From: a virus
Taxonomy: Duplodnaviria; Caudoviricetes
Virus record (IMG/VR): IMGVR_UViG_3300014059_000006
Coordinates: 32,001-96,000 of that record
DNA: 64,000 nucleotides
Strand: one strand, 5' to 3'
This document shows positions 30,127-38,893 of this stretch, one piece after another; the stretch's first letter is position 1, and each line of letters begins with the position of its first letter. The position numbers were made by a program, and so were the translations under genes. A model generated the notes under the pieces. The model did not search any database, was not told the DNA's origin, and saw only the letters and a list, made by a program, of their open reading frames with translations.

Positions 30127-33100
30127 ATGCCAGATAATTTTTCGTCGTTTGCCAATAAAGTGGCACCTGTGACTTCTACCCCTTCTCGTTTAGGGACTGA
30201 AGGACTGGTAGCATGGAAAGATACAAACGCATCAAGATATACTAACGACCCTAATTGGAAAATGTTAGGGTATGACATGAACCGTAATAATGATTATGCG
30301 TACGATGTTGCTCAGACTTCGGGTCAATGGGCTAGTAGTGCTTTTAATAGATTTTTACACCCATTAAAAACTTCTTTTGTTGAAGGATTTCGTTATGATA
30401 AAACCGCTAAGGAATTATTGTTTAGTGGTAGTGTTGCCGAAGATGAAGGATTGAGAGAGTATTTAAAAAAATCTGAAGAACTTAGTTATTTATATCCTAC
30501 ATACGATAATCCTAATTCTAGTGACGAAGGGTTCTTCTCATATTTCAATGCGGGAGCTAGAAATAAATGGTCAACATTATTAGAAAGTTCTGGATTTATG
30601 GTGGGTACTGCGGGAGCAGGTATCGCACAATCTATTGTTTTAGGGCTTGTTACTGGTGGTGCGGGAACTGTTGCTTCGTTGGCTAAAACTGCAGACGCAA
30701 CCGGTAAAGCATACCGACTTTCCAAATTAGCCTCTGCCTATAAACAAATGGATAAGGTGAATGATTTGTGGAAAATGAGTAAAGTGGGAAAACTTGTAGG
30801 AGCTTCTCCCACATTACAAGCAATAGACGGATTGACAGATATCGCTAAAGCTAGAACACTCTCTCAATATGCAAAAGCATCTGGGAAATTCTTAGGAAAT
30901 AGTGCAATCAGATTTCAAGCTACTTCTAGTGAAGCAATGTTAGAAGCTATCGAAGGTTCAGAACATTTCAAAAAACAACAGATAGAACAGTTCGAATTAA
31001 AAAATGGAAGAGAAGCGACCAAGGAAGAAAAAGACGATATTGAAAATTACGCAGCAGATGTTTTCTCAGCTCGTTATCGTGCTAACTTAGGAGTGTTATC
31101 TGTTACAAATTTAGTACAGGATTTAAGTTTCTTTAATACTTATAAGTATATTTCGAAATTAGGAAAGAGTGGAGCAATAGCAGAAGAAGCTGCAAAAAAA
31201 TGGAATTGGAATGCTAAGGCTGGAATAGCTATGAAACATTCTGCACTCCCTCTTAAAGAGCGTGCCTTATTTGAAATAAAAGCTGTTGGTAATTCTTTTT
31301 TCAAAAACGCATTTATGGAAGGTGTAGAAGAAGGAGCGCAGTACGCAATAGGTAAATCTACAGATGATTATTATACTAAAAAATATAATAAAGAATCTGC
31401 TTCTTTTATGGATAGTATGGCTAGAGGAATTTCTTCTACATTCTTAGACAAAGAAGGTAAAGAAAGTTTTTGGAGTGGTATTATGATGGGCGGGTTGTTT
31501 TCAACAATAGGTAAAGGGGCTAAAACTGTTCATGGTATGGCTACAGGAAAAGGAGCAAAGATTGATGCTATGGTTTCTGAACAAATGACCAATTATAATC
31601 AAGCTCATAAAAACCTTATTGAAACATTTAAAACAGAACAAGTACTTTCAGCAGAAGCAGAAAACGGAACACTTAACCATGTGAACAATACTTTAGTCGA
31701 AGAGGCATTAGAAAATAATGACTTAGATAAAGCAAAAGAATTACGTTTACAATCATTAAGAAATTCAGTAAAAACTGCAAAAGAAGTTGGTAAGTTAGAC
31801 CTTCTTAAAAAAAGTTTATCAGAATATGGAGAATTACAAGACGATGTATTCAGAGAAAAATTTGGGGTAACTTCTAAACAAACCAATAAAGAAATTGTTA
31901 ATGAAACATTAAGAGAAATTGAAGAAATAGAAAAAACAGTGGATGCTGTTAACGAACGTTATGGTAATCCTTATGATGGGTATGATAATATAGACCCAAT
32001 AACAGCAGCAGACAAACGTGCAGAACAACATAATCTATACAAAGGATATGAGGAAGCCAAGATGACTGTTATAGACAATGTTGAAACATTAAAAGAATCT
32101 AAAAAGAATTTATCAAAGATTTCAGAATGGTTTACAGGACAGGGAGTAGTTGTAGAAGATGTATTATTAGAACTTGTTCCTGAACAGATTACATTAGGTG
32201 GGGTTGAGTTTGATAGTGCAGTTTTAGCTAGAGATGAAAAAATAGAAAATCTAGGTAGACAATTTGCAGATTTAGAAAAATTAAAACAAACCTCTACTAA
32301 TACAAGTGAAATTATAAGAGTAACACAAACTCAAGCAGAACTTTTAAAAGAACGAGATATATATGTAAATCTCAATAACAACCCTGATAGTTTAGGAGCA
32401 ATATTAGACTACTTTAATTTTCAAATAGGAAAATCTAAAAAAGGTCTTCCGATAGATGCGACAGATTCTACAGAATTCAAGACATCATTAGAAGAAAATA
32501 TAAAAGGACTGAGAGATAATTTAGAGAAATCTAAAAATGCTTTAGAAGCTTTAGACGCTTTAGAAAAACCTAAAGTGTTTGAGGCATTAGCTAAAGACTA
32601 TGCAAAAGCGTATGATAAACGTTATGGTCAAATTATAAGTGATTTAGATGCAAACGAACAGGAAGCAAAAGCGGCAACAGAAGAAGTTGTTCCTGAAGAA
32701 ACCCCCGAAGAAACAATCGGGACACCTGTGACACCAGAATCTCCTGTAGAAACTGCTACACCGATAGAACCCGAAGAAGGACCGATGTTTCCTATTCCTC
32801 CTTATACTCCTAAAGAAAGTACAAAGCCACAACCAAAACACGTACTATTACAAAAAATAGTACAAGTGGAAAAAGAATTAGATGAGATAACACACGTTAC
32901 AAATTCTCTTCTTTCTACAAAGGTTAGACTGACTAATTTATTACAAAAGGAAATTGCCGAATTAAAACCAGTGTTAGAAAAACTTGCTCGTACTGTTGTT
33001 GATAGTAACACAATGTACTTTATTTCTAACTATGAAGAATTGAGAGATGCTGAAATTCGTCTACAAGCTGATGTTGATAAGTTGACTGATGAATTAAATA

Positions 33101-36100
33101 TTGTTAGTGAAGAATTAGCTAGAGTAGAAAAAGTTCGTGATTATATAAGAAACAAGCTTACATACTACAATCAATTAAGAAAAGAACCGGGTATACGTTC
33201 TGTAAATTATGAAAATATTATATACGGAAAAATCCAATTGTTAGAAACAAAATTAAAGTTTCTAACAAGTTTAATCAATAAAGTTAAAAAAGCGATTAGT
33301 CGTATGATGGATGACTTACGTTATGTTACTGCACAACTAAGACAAAATGAAGCAGACATAATAAGCTATCCGTTAGATACCGAAGTTGATGCTGACTTAA
33401 CCACAAACAGAGAAAAACGTGCACCTTTACAACAAGAATTTACAAAACAAAAAAATAGAGTGAAGGCCCTTTCACGTACTGTAGAAAATACAAAAGATAC
33501 AATTGAGTATTTATATGATTTACTAGAGTGGGGAGAAAGAACTAATTCTGAAGAAATCGATACACCAATAGAAGAAATCAAAGCTCCAAAATTACAAACT
33601 CTAACAGATAATATTTCCAACGAAGAAAAAGAAAAATTAATAGAATCTAAAGAAGAACAGATAAAAAAAATAGATGAGTTAATACAACAAAAAACTGACG
33701 AAGTTTTAGGTGCTGACGGGGTTATAGCCGAAATCGAAAAAGAAGAAAGCTCTGCAACTCCTAATCAAGCACGTCTACAAGTGTTGTACGAGAAGCGTGA
33801 TAAGTTACAAAAAGAAACTGCAGCACTCGCTACAAAAAAAGAAATAGTTAAGAATAGATTTGGAAAAGAAATAGTAAAGGAGGAAAAATATATAATTGAT
33901 TCCCAAGACCAAGTACAGAATACATTAAAAGAAGATTTAGATGTATCTTCTAAAATTGTAAAGAGTGTTTACCTATCAGGACTACATTATGTTCAAACAG
34001 AAGATGGTAAATATTATGTTGTTCCAAATGTGTCAGAAGGTTCTAATGGTATAACATCTAAAGAAGTGACACAAGCTGAAATTATAAAACCTTTCAGAAC
34101 AAAAAAAGAATGGGACGAATTAGAAGTTAAAAAAGCTGATATAGAAAGAAGAAGACAAGAAGAATTAAACAATATAAAAAGTAAAGCAGAAATTGAAAAG
34201 TATTTTGCTAATAAATTTAAGAATGAATTCCCAAATGGAGTAAATGAAAGTGGTATTATTTCAATTCAAGAAGTATTAGAAAAATTACTTAATGAAGATG
34301 AACATAAACTTATTGAACAGTATAGATATTCAAATATACTTAAAGATAAAATCAATGCTAAATATGATGCAGAATATGTAGATGCTGTTAAGAAAGGAGA
34401 GATGACTAAAGAGCAAGCTATGCAAGCTCTTAAAGAAGTAGGAAGAAAAGATAGCAAAGCTTATGCTGAACTAGCTGCTTTAGAAGCTAAACCTGCTGTT
34501 ACACCTTCTGTTTCTGATAAGAAAGCTGAAATAGAAAAGAAAGCATACTTATTAAGTAAAGATTATAAAGATTTTGGTTGGCTAACAGAACAAGAAAAAA
34601 ACGACTATACAGAATCTCAAAACAATTCAAAAAACAGAGAAGAAAGAGAAAAAGCCTATATAAAATTAAGAGAATTATATAAGTTAAAAGTAGATAAAGA
34701 GTTTATAGATAGTATAGAAAAAGTACATTGGGTTAGAAATATTGAATCATTAATATCATTACTAGAAAAAGGAAAAAAAATACCTTTTGAAATATCAGCT
34801 GAGGGATACTTGAATGAGTCTTTTAAAAGTGGATGGGGTAATGGGGTAGGCATTAAACTAAAAGGTGAAACATTAATTGCATCTAATGAAGATTTAAGAA
34901 GTGATAACAAGTATGGTAGTATAGAAAACGGAGATTTTAGAAAATATTCATACGGAGACAATACATCCATAATATTAAATAAAGACACTTTTTTACCGCA
35001 CAGATTATTAGAATTTGAACAACGAGGTAAAAAATATCAAGGACACAATGAATTTTTATTAAAAAATAGTGAAATAGAAGCTATTGTTATTGACCCAACC
35101 AATGAAAAATTAACAGAAGAGTTTAAATCAGAGGTTGAGAATATAGCTAGAAAATTTGGAATACCTATAATTGTAAATACTAAATACGATGCTGAACTAG
35201 CTGCTTCAGAAGGCACTTCTACTCAAGCTCCTACAACAGCTACTGTTTCTAATATAGAAGCTAAAAAAGAAGATATAGAAAAAAGAAGACAAGAAATAAT
35301 ATCTAAATATAATATAGAGTTTAAGGAAATAGCTAGAAAACAATACGATAAGGTTTCTAAAAAATATATTGATGGTATATCTACTCAAATATGGAGTAAT
35401 GGTAAATTAATAGCAGAATATGAAACAAAAATAGAAGCAGAAAATGAACTAAATAGAAAAATAGATGCTTTAATAAATAACACTATTGATTCAAAAATTT
35501 CATTAGGAGATAATATTTTCATAGAAGGGATAACTGTTGATGGTAATACCTTTTCTGTTTTAAATACTTCTGAAAGAATGGTAACTATTGTTGACATAGG
35601 AGGTGTCAAAGTGCCCTTTTATTTAACAACAGGTTTGGGAGGTAAAAATTTAACACCTGCTTGGTATCCTATGTTTGGATATTCTCCTAGTGGATGGTTA
35701 AATAAAACTGATGGGAAAGATATGGAGTCTTTTTACTCTAGGATTATAGGAAAAGAAGCATCAGATGTATTAAAAAAAGTATCTGAAAAATTAAATAATA
35801 AATTAGGGGTAACTCCTAACTCTATAATTGAATCAGGGATAGTAAGTAAACAACAAACACAAGAAGCTGTAAATTCAGTTTTAAATTTTACTCCTGCTGA
35901 AAATCAAAAAATAGATGCTTCTGTTGATTATAAAATAGAACTTGCAAAACTTGAAAATAATATTAAAAGTCTTGGAGAAGAAATCAATGCTAAATATGAT
36001 GCAGAACTAAAAGCATTAAAACAACAATCTAATACACCTACTCAATCTGAAATAGAAGCTAAAAAAGCTGATATAGAAAGAAGAAGACAAGAAGAATTAA

Positions 36101-38892
36101 ATCAACAAACTGATGCTGGGTATTCAACTATTGCATTAGATTATCTATTTACAGGTGGAAGAGATGTAATTCTGTCTACTGATTATTTATTACAAGCATT
36201 AGTTGGTGGATTTACAAGTGCTGCTAAAGAAATAAATGATATTAGAAATAAATATGCTAATAAATTAGGTAATATTAGAGATGATATTAATTCTGATGTT
36301 TATAATCAAATGATGGGAGAAATTAGAAATGTTATAAGTAAAACTTATAATGATTCTAAAGCAAATGAAATATTTGATAAAATACTCAAAAATGCAACAG
36401 GATTTACAAATAGAGAAGGTAATCAAATAAGTATTGAGTTAGATAAATTAAATGAACAAAATGAATCTAAAATCAACGCTAAATATGATGCAGAACTAGC
36501 TGCTTTAGAAGAAGTAACACCTACAACAGAAACAAACCCTAATGTAGAAGCTAAAAAAGCTGATACAGAAAGAAGAAGACAGGAAGAATTAAATAAATAT
36601 AGGAATGATGCCATTGCTTTAGAAAATGCTAAAACAGAAGACGAAGCTATTGAAGCAATTAAATTGACAACTAAAGAAGATAATAAATGGAAAGCACTTT
36701 CCGCTGCCGAAAATATTATTGGAAAAAGTGGATTTAATGCTTTATTTCAACAAGATTGGAAAAAACAAACAAAAATACTTGCAGATGAAATTAATAGGAT
36801 TCAAGCTAATTTTATTGATAAAATAAATGCTAAATATGATGTAGAATTAGTTGCTTTAGAGACACCTATTTCTAAAATAGATTCTCCAGAAGTAGTTCAA
36901 TTAAAATCGGCTAAGAAAAGTTTAACACTTGAAATAGACACTTTAATGGAAGAACCTTCTACAGAAGTGTTAGATGTACCCTCTAACGAAAATAATGTCG
37001 TACAAGGGTTGTCAGGTAGTGAAATTAACAATTTGGCAACATCTATTATAAACTCTCCTAATGTTTTCTTTGCAGGAATGGTTTTTAGAACTGCCGGTGA
37101 AGATATGGTTAAACGTGGGGACACATTTACATTAATAAGTGAACGTTCACCGATTGGAATATTGCGTGCAAAAATTCGTAATGCAATTATGCGGCGTTCT
37201 ATAGGGTCTAGTAAAACTCTAAGTGATATAGGAATTCATATTACAATACAAAAAGATAAGGATGAGTTTCATCCCGAAGGAGAAACAGTTCGTGAACGTC
37301 AATTCTTTTTAGATAATAAAAACAAACCATCTCATCCTATCGTTGCTGTACTAACTGATATTAACGGCGAAACTTTATATTTTGATGAAGATGGAGACAA
37401 AACAACAAAAGAAAAAGGAACACCTATTGTACAACAGATTTTTGAAGTGGACGTTGATACTGCTTCACGAACATTACAAGGACGTAAAGAAGACCGTATT
37501 CAAGAACGTATACGTGTCCTAACTTTACAGAACTTATTCAGTGGTATAGAAATAACTCCTGAAGATACAAAACGTATAACTGACGAGGTGAATGAAGAAT
37601 TTAGAATGCTTTCTGAATTAAAATCTCACATAAGAAATACAGATGAAAAAATAACTGTAAATAACGCTTCAATATCAAGAGGATTTACAGAAAAAAATAA
37701 TATTGTTCTTGTACCAAATGACGCATTGGTTGATAAAGAAAACGCAAAGGTGAGTGTAGAAACTGTTACAATTAATAATGGTGGAACAAACGTAACAAAG
37801 GGTATTGTATATTACAACGGGTTTCCTATGTTCATGCCAAAGTTAAGTGAGGGTTCTTTGTTTGATACAATTAAAACAATTCTTCAAACAAGAGTTCCCT
37901 ATGATAGTTTCGAACGTTCTTCTCGTCAGGCATTTTTGAGAAAAATTTTATATCGTCGTACAGAAGAACATCCTAAAGCGGTGACAAAAGTTTCTTATGA
38001 TTACGAAAATGAAAAAATAGTGGTAATGTCGGGAGAACAGATTCTTTCATTAGAAGAACTTATGAGTAGAAATCTTTCATTAAACGTTGATAAACAATTG
38101 TTTGATGAAAATCAATCTTTTGTTGAATATGTAGCCAAACCGGAATTTAACGACAGGGATGAGAGAATGCCTAATATGAAATTAGTAGCTCTTCCTGCAG
38201 TTCCTTACCAAGATTATATAAAATCTAAAGGATATGTTTTTATGACAGAGTCAGAACTAGAGTCTCAGACTAAAAAATTAGGACCAACCCCTAGATACAA
38301 TATTGTATTTGGAATGAATCCTTCTGAAACAATGTCTAAAATAACTCCTGTTTCTACAGAAACATCTGCACCTAATCCCAATGATTTATTGTCTGTAGAT
38401 GACTTGTTAAGTGAAGAAACTACTCCTGAAGTGGGAACCGCTCTTCAAAACGCATTTGCTGTATTTACCGCACCGTCTACTCCTGCCCCAATAAAACAGT
38501 TTAATGTGGGAGATAAATTTAAACTACTGTCTAAATCTCTTTCTCAGGAAAAAGGTTCACCAGTGTATGTTGAAATAAAATTAATTGAAGAAATTCCTAA
38601 TACAGCAGAAGATGTAAAATTCTCAGTGGAGCAAACATACGAAGGAGTTTCTACAATGAGAACCTACAAAAGTAGTACTATCGAACAAGGACTGTCTGAC
38701 CCACTTGCTGAAAAATTAGAAAGTGCGGAAACATTAAACGTGTTTGATATGTTCACAGAAACAACCCCTATGGATGAAATTATGGATAGAGAATTAATAA
38801 AATCAGGTGTATTAAAAAAAGGAACTACAATGGAAGATTTGATAAATACATTAATAAGTCGTAATATTGTAGAAAAAATTTGTAAATTTTAA
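30127..38892 (+). CDS. Giant multidomain cargo/ejection protein, 2921 aa, carrying an internal cassette array
   Basis: N-terminal Gly/Ala-rich membrane-like segments (GFMVGTAGAGIAQSIVLGLVTGG), EGVEEGAQ motif, long coiled coils, repeat-flanked inserts, single Cys three residues from the end. Confidence 0.75.
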   Translation: MPDNFSSFANKVAPVTSTPSRLGTEGLVAWKDTNASRYTNDPNWKMLGYDMNRNNDYAYDVAQTSGQWASSAFNRFLHPLKTSFVEGFRYDKTAKELLFSGSVAEDEGLREYLKKSEELSYLYPTYDNPNSSDEGFFSYFNAGARNKWSTLLESSGFMVGTAGAGIAQSIVLGLVTGGAGTVASLAKTADATGKAYRLSKLASAYKQMDKVNDLWKMSKVGKLVGASPTLQAIDGLTDIAKARTLSQYAKASGKFLGNSAIRFQATSSEAMLEAIEGSEHFKKQQIEQFELKNGREATKEEKDDIENYAADVFSARYRANLGVLSVTNLVQDLSFFNTYKYISKLGKSGAIAEEAAKKWNWNAKAGIAMKHSALPLKERALFEIKAVGNSFFKNAFMEGVEEGAQYAIGKSTDDYYTKKYNKESASFMDSMARGISSTFLDKEGKESFWSGIMMGGLFSTIGKGAKTVHGMATGKGAKIDAMVSEQMTNYNQAHKNLIETFKTEQVLSAEAENGTLNHVNNTLVEEALENNDLDKAKELRLQSLRNSVKTAKEVGKLDLLKKSLSEYGELQDDVFREKFGVTSKQTNKEIVNETLREIEEIEKTVDAVNERYGNPYDGYDNIDPITAADKRAEQHNLYKGYEEAKMTVIDNVETLKESKKNLSKISEWFTGQGVVVEDVLLELVPEQITLGGVEFDSAVLARDEKIENLGRQFADLEKLKQTSTNTSEIIRVTQTQAELLKERDIYVNLNNNPDSLGAILDYFNFQIGKSKKGLPIDATDSTEFKTSLEENIKGLRDNLEKSKNALEALDALEKPKVFEALAKDYAKAYDKRYGQIISDLDANEQEAKAATEEVVPEETPEETIGTPVTPESPVETATPIEPEEGPMFPIPPYTPKESTKPQPKHVLLQKIVQVEKELDEITHVTNSLLSTKVRLTNLLQKEIAELKPVLEKLARTVVDSNTMYFISNYEELRDAEIRLQADVDKLTDELNIVSEELARVEKVRDYIRNKLTYYNQLRKEPGIRSVNYENIIYGKIQLLETKLKFLTSLINKVKKAISRMMDDLRYVTAQLRQNEADIISYPLDTEVDADLTTNREKRAPLQQEFTKQKNRVKALSRTVENTKDTIEYLYDLLEWGERTNSEEIDTPIEEIKAPKLQTLTDNISNEEKEKLIESKEEQIKKIDELIQQKTDEVLGADGVIAEIEKEESSATPNQARLQVLYEKRDKLQKETAALATKKEIVKNRFGKEIVKEEKYIIDSQDQVQNTLKEDLDVSSKIVKSVYLSGLHYVQTEDGKYYVVPNVSEGSNGITSKEVTQAEIIKPFRTKKEWDELEVKKADIERRRQEELNNIKSKAEIEKYFANKFKNEFPNGVNESGIISIQEVLEKLLNEDEHKLIEQYRYSNILKDKINAKYDAEYVDAVKKGEMTKEQAMQALKEVGRKDSKAYAELAALEAKPAVTPSVSDKKAEIEKKAYLLSKDYKDFGWLTEQEKNDYTESQNNSKNREEREKAYIKLRELYKLKVDKEFIDSIEKVHWVRNIESLISLLEKGKKIPFEISAEGYLNESFKSGWGNGVGIKLKGETLIASNEDLRSDNKYGSIENGDFRKYSYGDNTSIILNKDTFLPHRLLEFEQRGKKYQGHNEFLLKNSEIEAIVIDPTNEKLTEEFKSEVENIARKFGIPIIVNTKYDAELAASEGTSTQAPTTATVSNIEAKKEDIEKRRQEIISKYNIEFKEIARKQYDKVSKKYIDGISTQIWSNGKLIAEYETKIEAENELNRKIDALINNTIDSKISLGDNIFIEGITVDGNTFSVLNTSERMVTIVDIGGVKVPFYLTTGLGGKNLTPAWYPMFGYSPSGWLNKTDGKDMESFYSRIIGKEASDVLKKVSEKLNNKLGVTPNSIIESGIVSKQQTQEAVNSVLNFTPAENQKIDASVDYKIELAKLENNIKSLGEEINAKYDAELKALKQQSNTPTQSEIEAKKADIERRRQEELNQQTDAGYSTIALDYLFTGGRDVILSTDYLLQALVGGFTSAAKEINDIRNKYANKLGNIRDDINSDVYNQMMGEIRNVISKTYNDSKANEIFDKILKNATGFTNREGNQISIELDKLNEQNESKINAKYDAELAALEEVTPTTETNPNVEAKKADTERRRQEELNKYRNDAIALENAKTEDEAIEAIKLTTKEDNKWKALSAAENIIGKSGFNALFQQDWKKQTKILADEINRIQANFIDKINAKYDVELVALETPISKIDSPEVVQLKSAKKSLTLEIDTLMEEPSTEVLDVPSNENNVVQGLSGSEINNLATSIINSPNVFFAGMVFRTAGEDMVKRGDTFTLISERSPIGILRAKIRNAIMRRSIGSSKTLSDIGIHITIQKDKDEFHPEGETVRERQFFLDNKNKPSHPIVAVLTDINGETLYFDEDGDKTTKEKGTPIVQQIFEVDVDTASRTLQGRKEDRIQERIRVLTLQNLFSGIEITPEDTKRITDEVNEEFRMLSELKSHIRNTDEKITVNNASISRGFTEKNNIVLVPNDALVDKENAKVSVETVTINNGGTNVTKGIVYYNGFPMFMPKLSEGSLFDTIKTILQTRVPYDSFERSSRQAFLRKILYRRTEEHPKAVTKVSYDYENEKIVVMSGEQILSLEELMSRNLSLNVDKQLFDENQSFVEYVAKPEFNDRDERMPNMKLVALPAVPYQDYIKSKGYVFMTESELESQTKKLGPTPRYNIVFGMNPSETMSKITPVSTETSAPNPNDLLSVDDLLSEETTPEVGTALQNAFAVFTAPSTPAPIKQFNVGDKFKLLSKSLSQEKGSPVYVEIKLIEEIPNTAEDVKFSVEQTYEGVSTMRTYKSSTIEQGLSDPLAEKLESAETLNVFDMFTETTPMDEIMDRELIKSGVLKKGTTMEDLINTLISRNIVEKICKF
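34121..36861 (+). repeat. Array of five in-frame cassettes, each bounded by a left repeat (EAKKADIERRRQEELN) and a right repeat (KINAKYDAELAALE)
   Basis: Left copies at about 34121, 34516 (degenerate), 35254, 36052, 36544; right copies at about 34348 (split, completed at 34462), 35173, 35980, 36469, 36820; left copies 1 and 4 match at 48 of 49 nt. Confidence 0.9.
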
Positions 38893-38893
38893 A

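Noticed and set aside
34121-36861. CRISPR array, integron or diversity-generating retroelement interpretation of the repeat array
   Set aside because: Spacers are 180-690 nt, in frame and variable in length; repeats are not palindromic; no cas, integrase or reverse transcriptase gene and no adenine-specific template/variable repeat pair in the window
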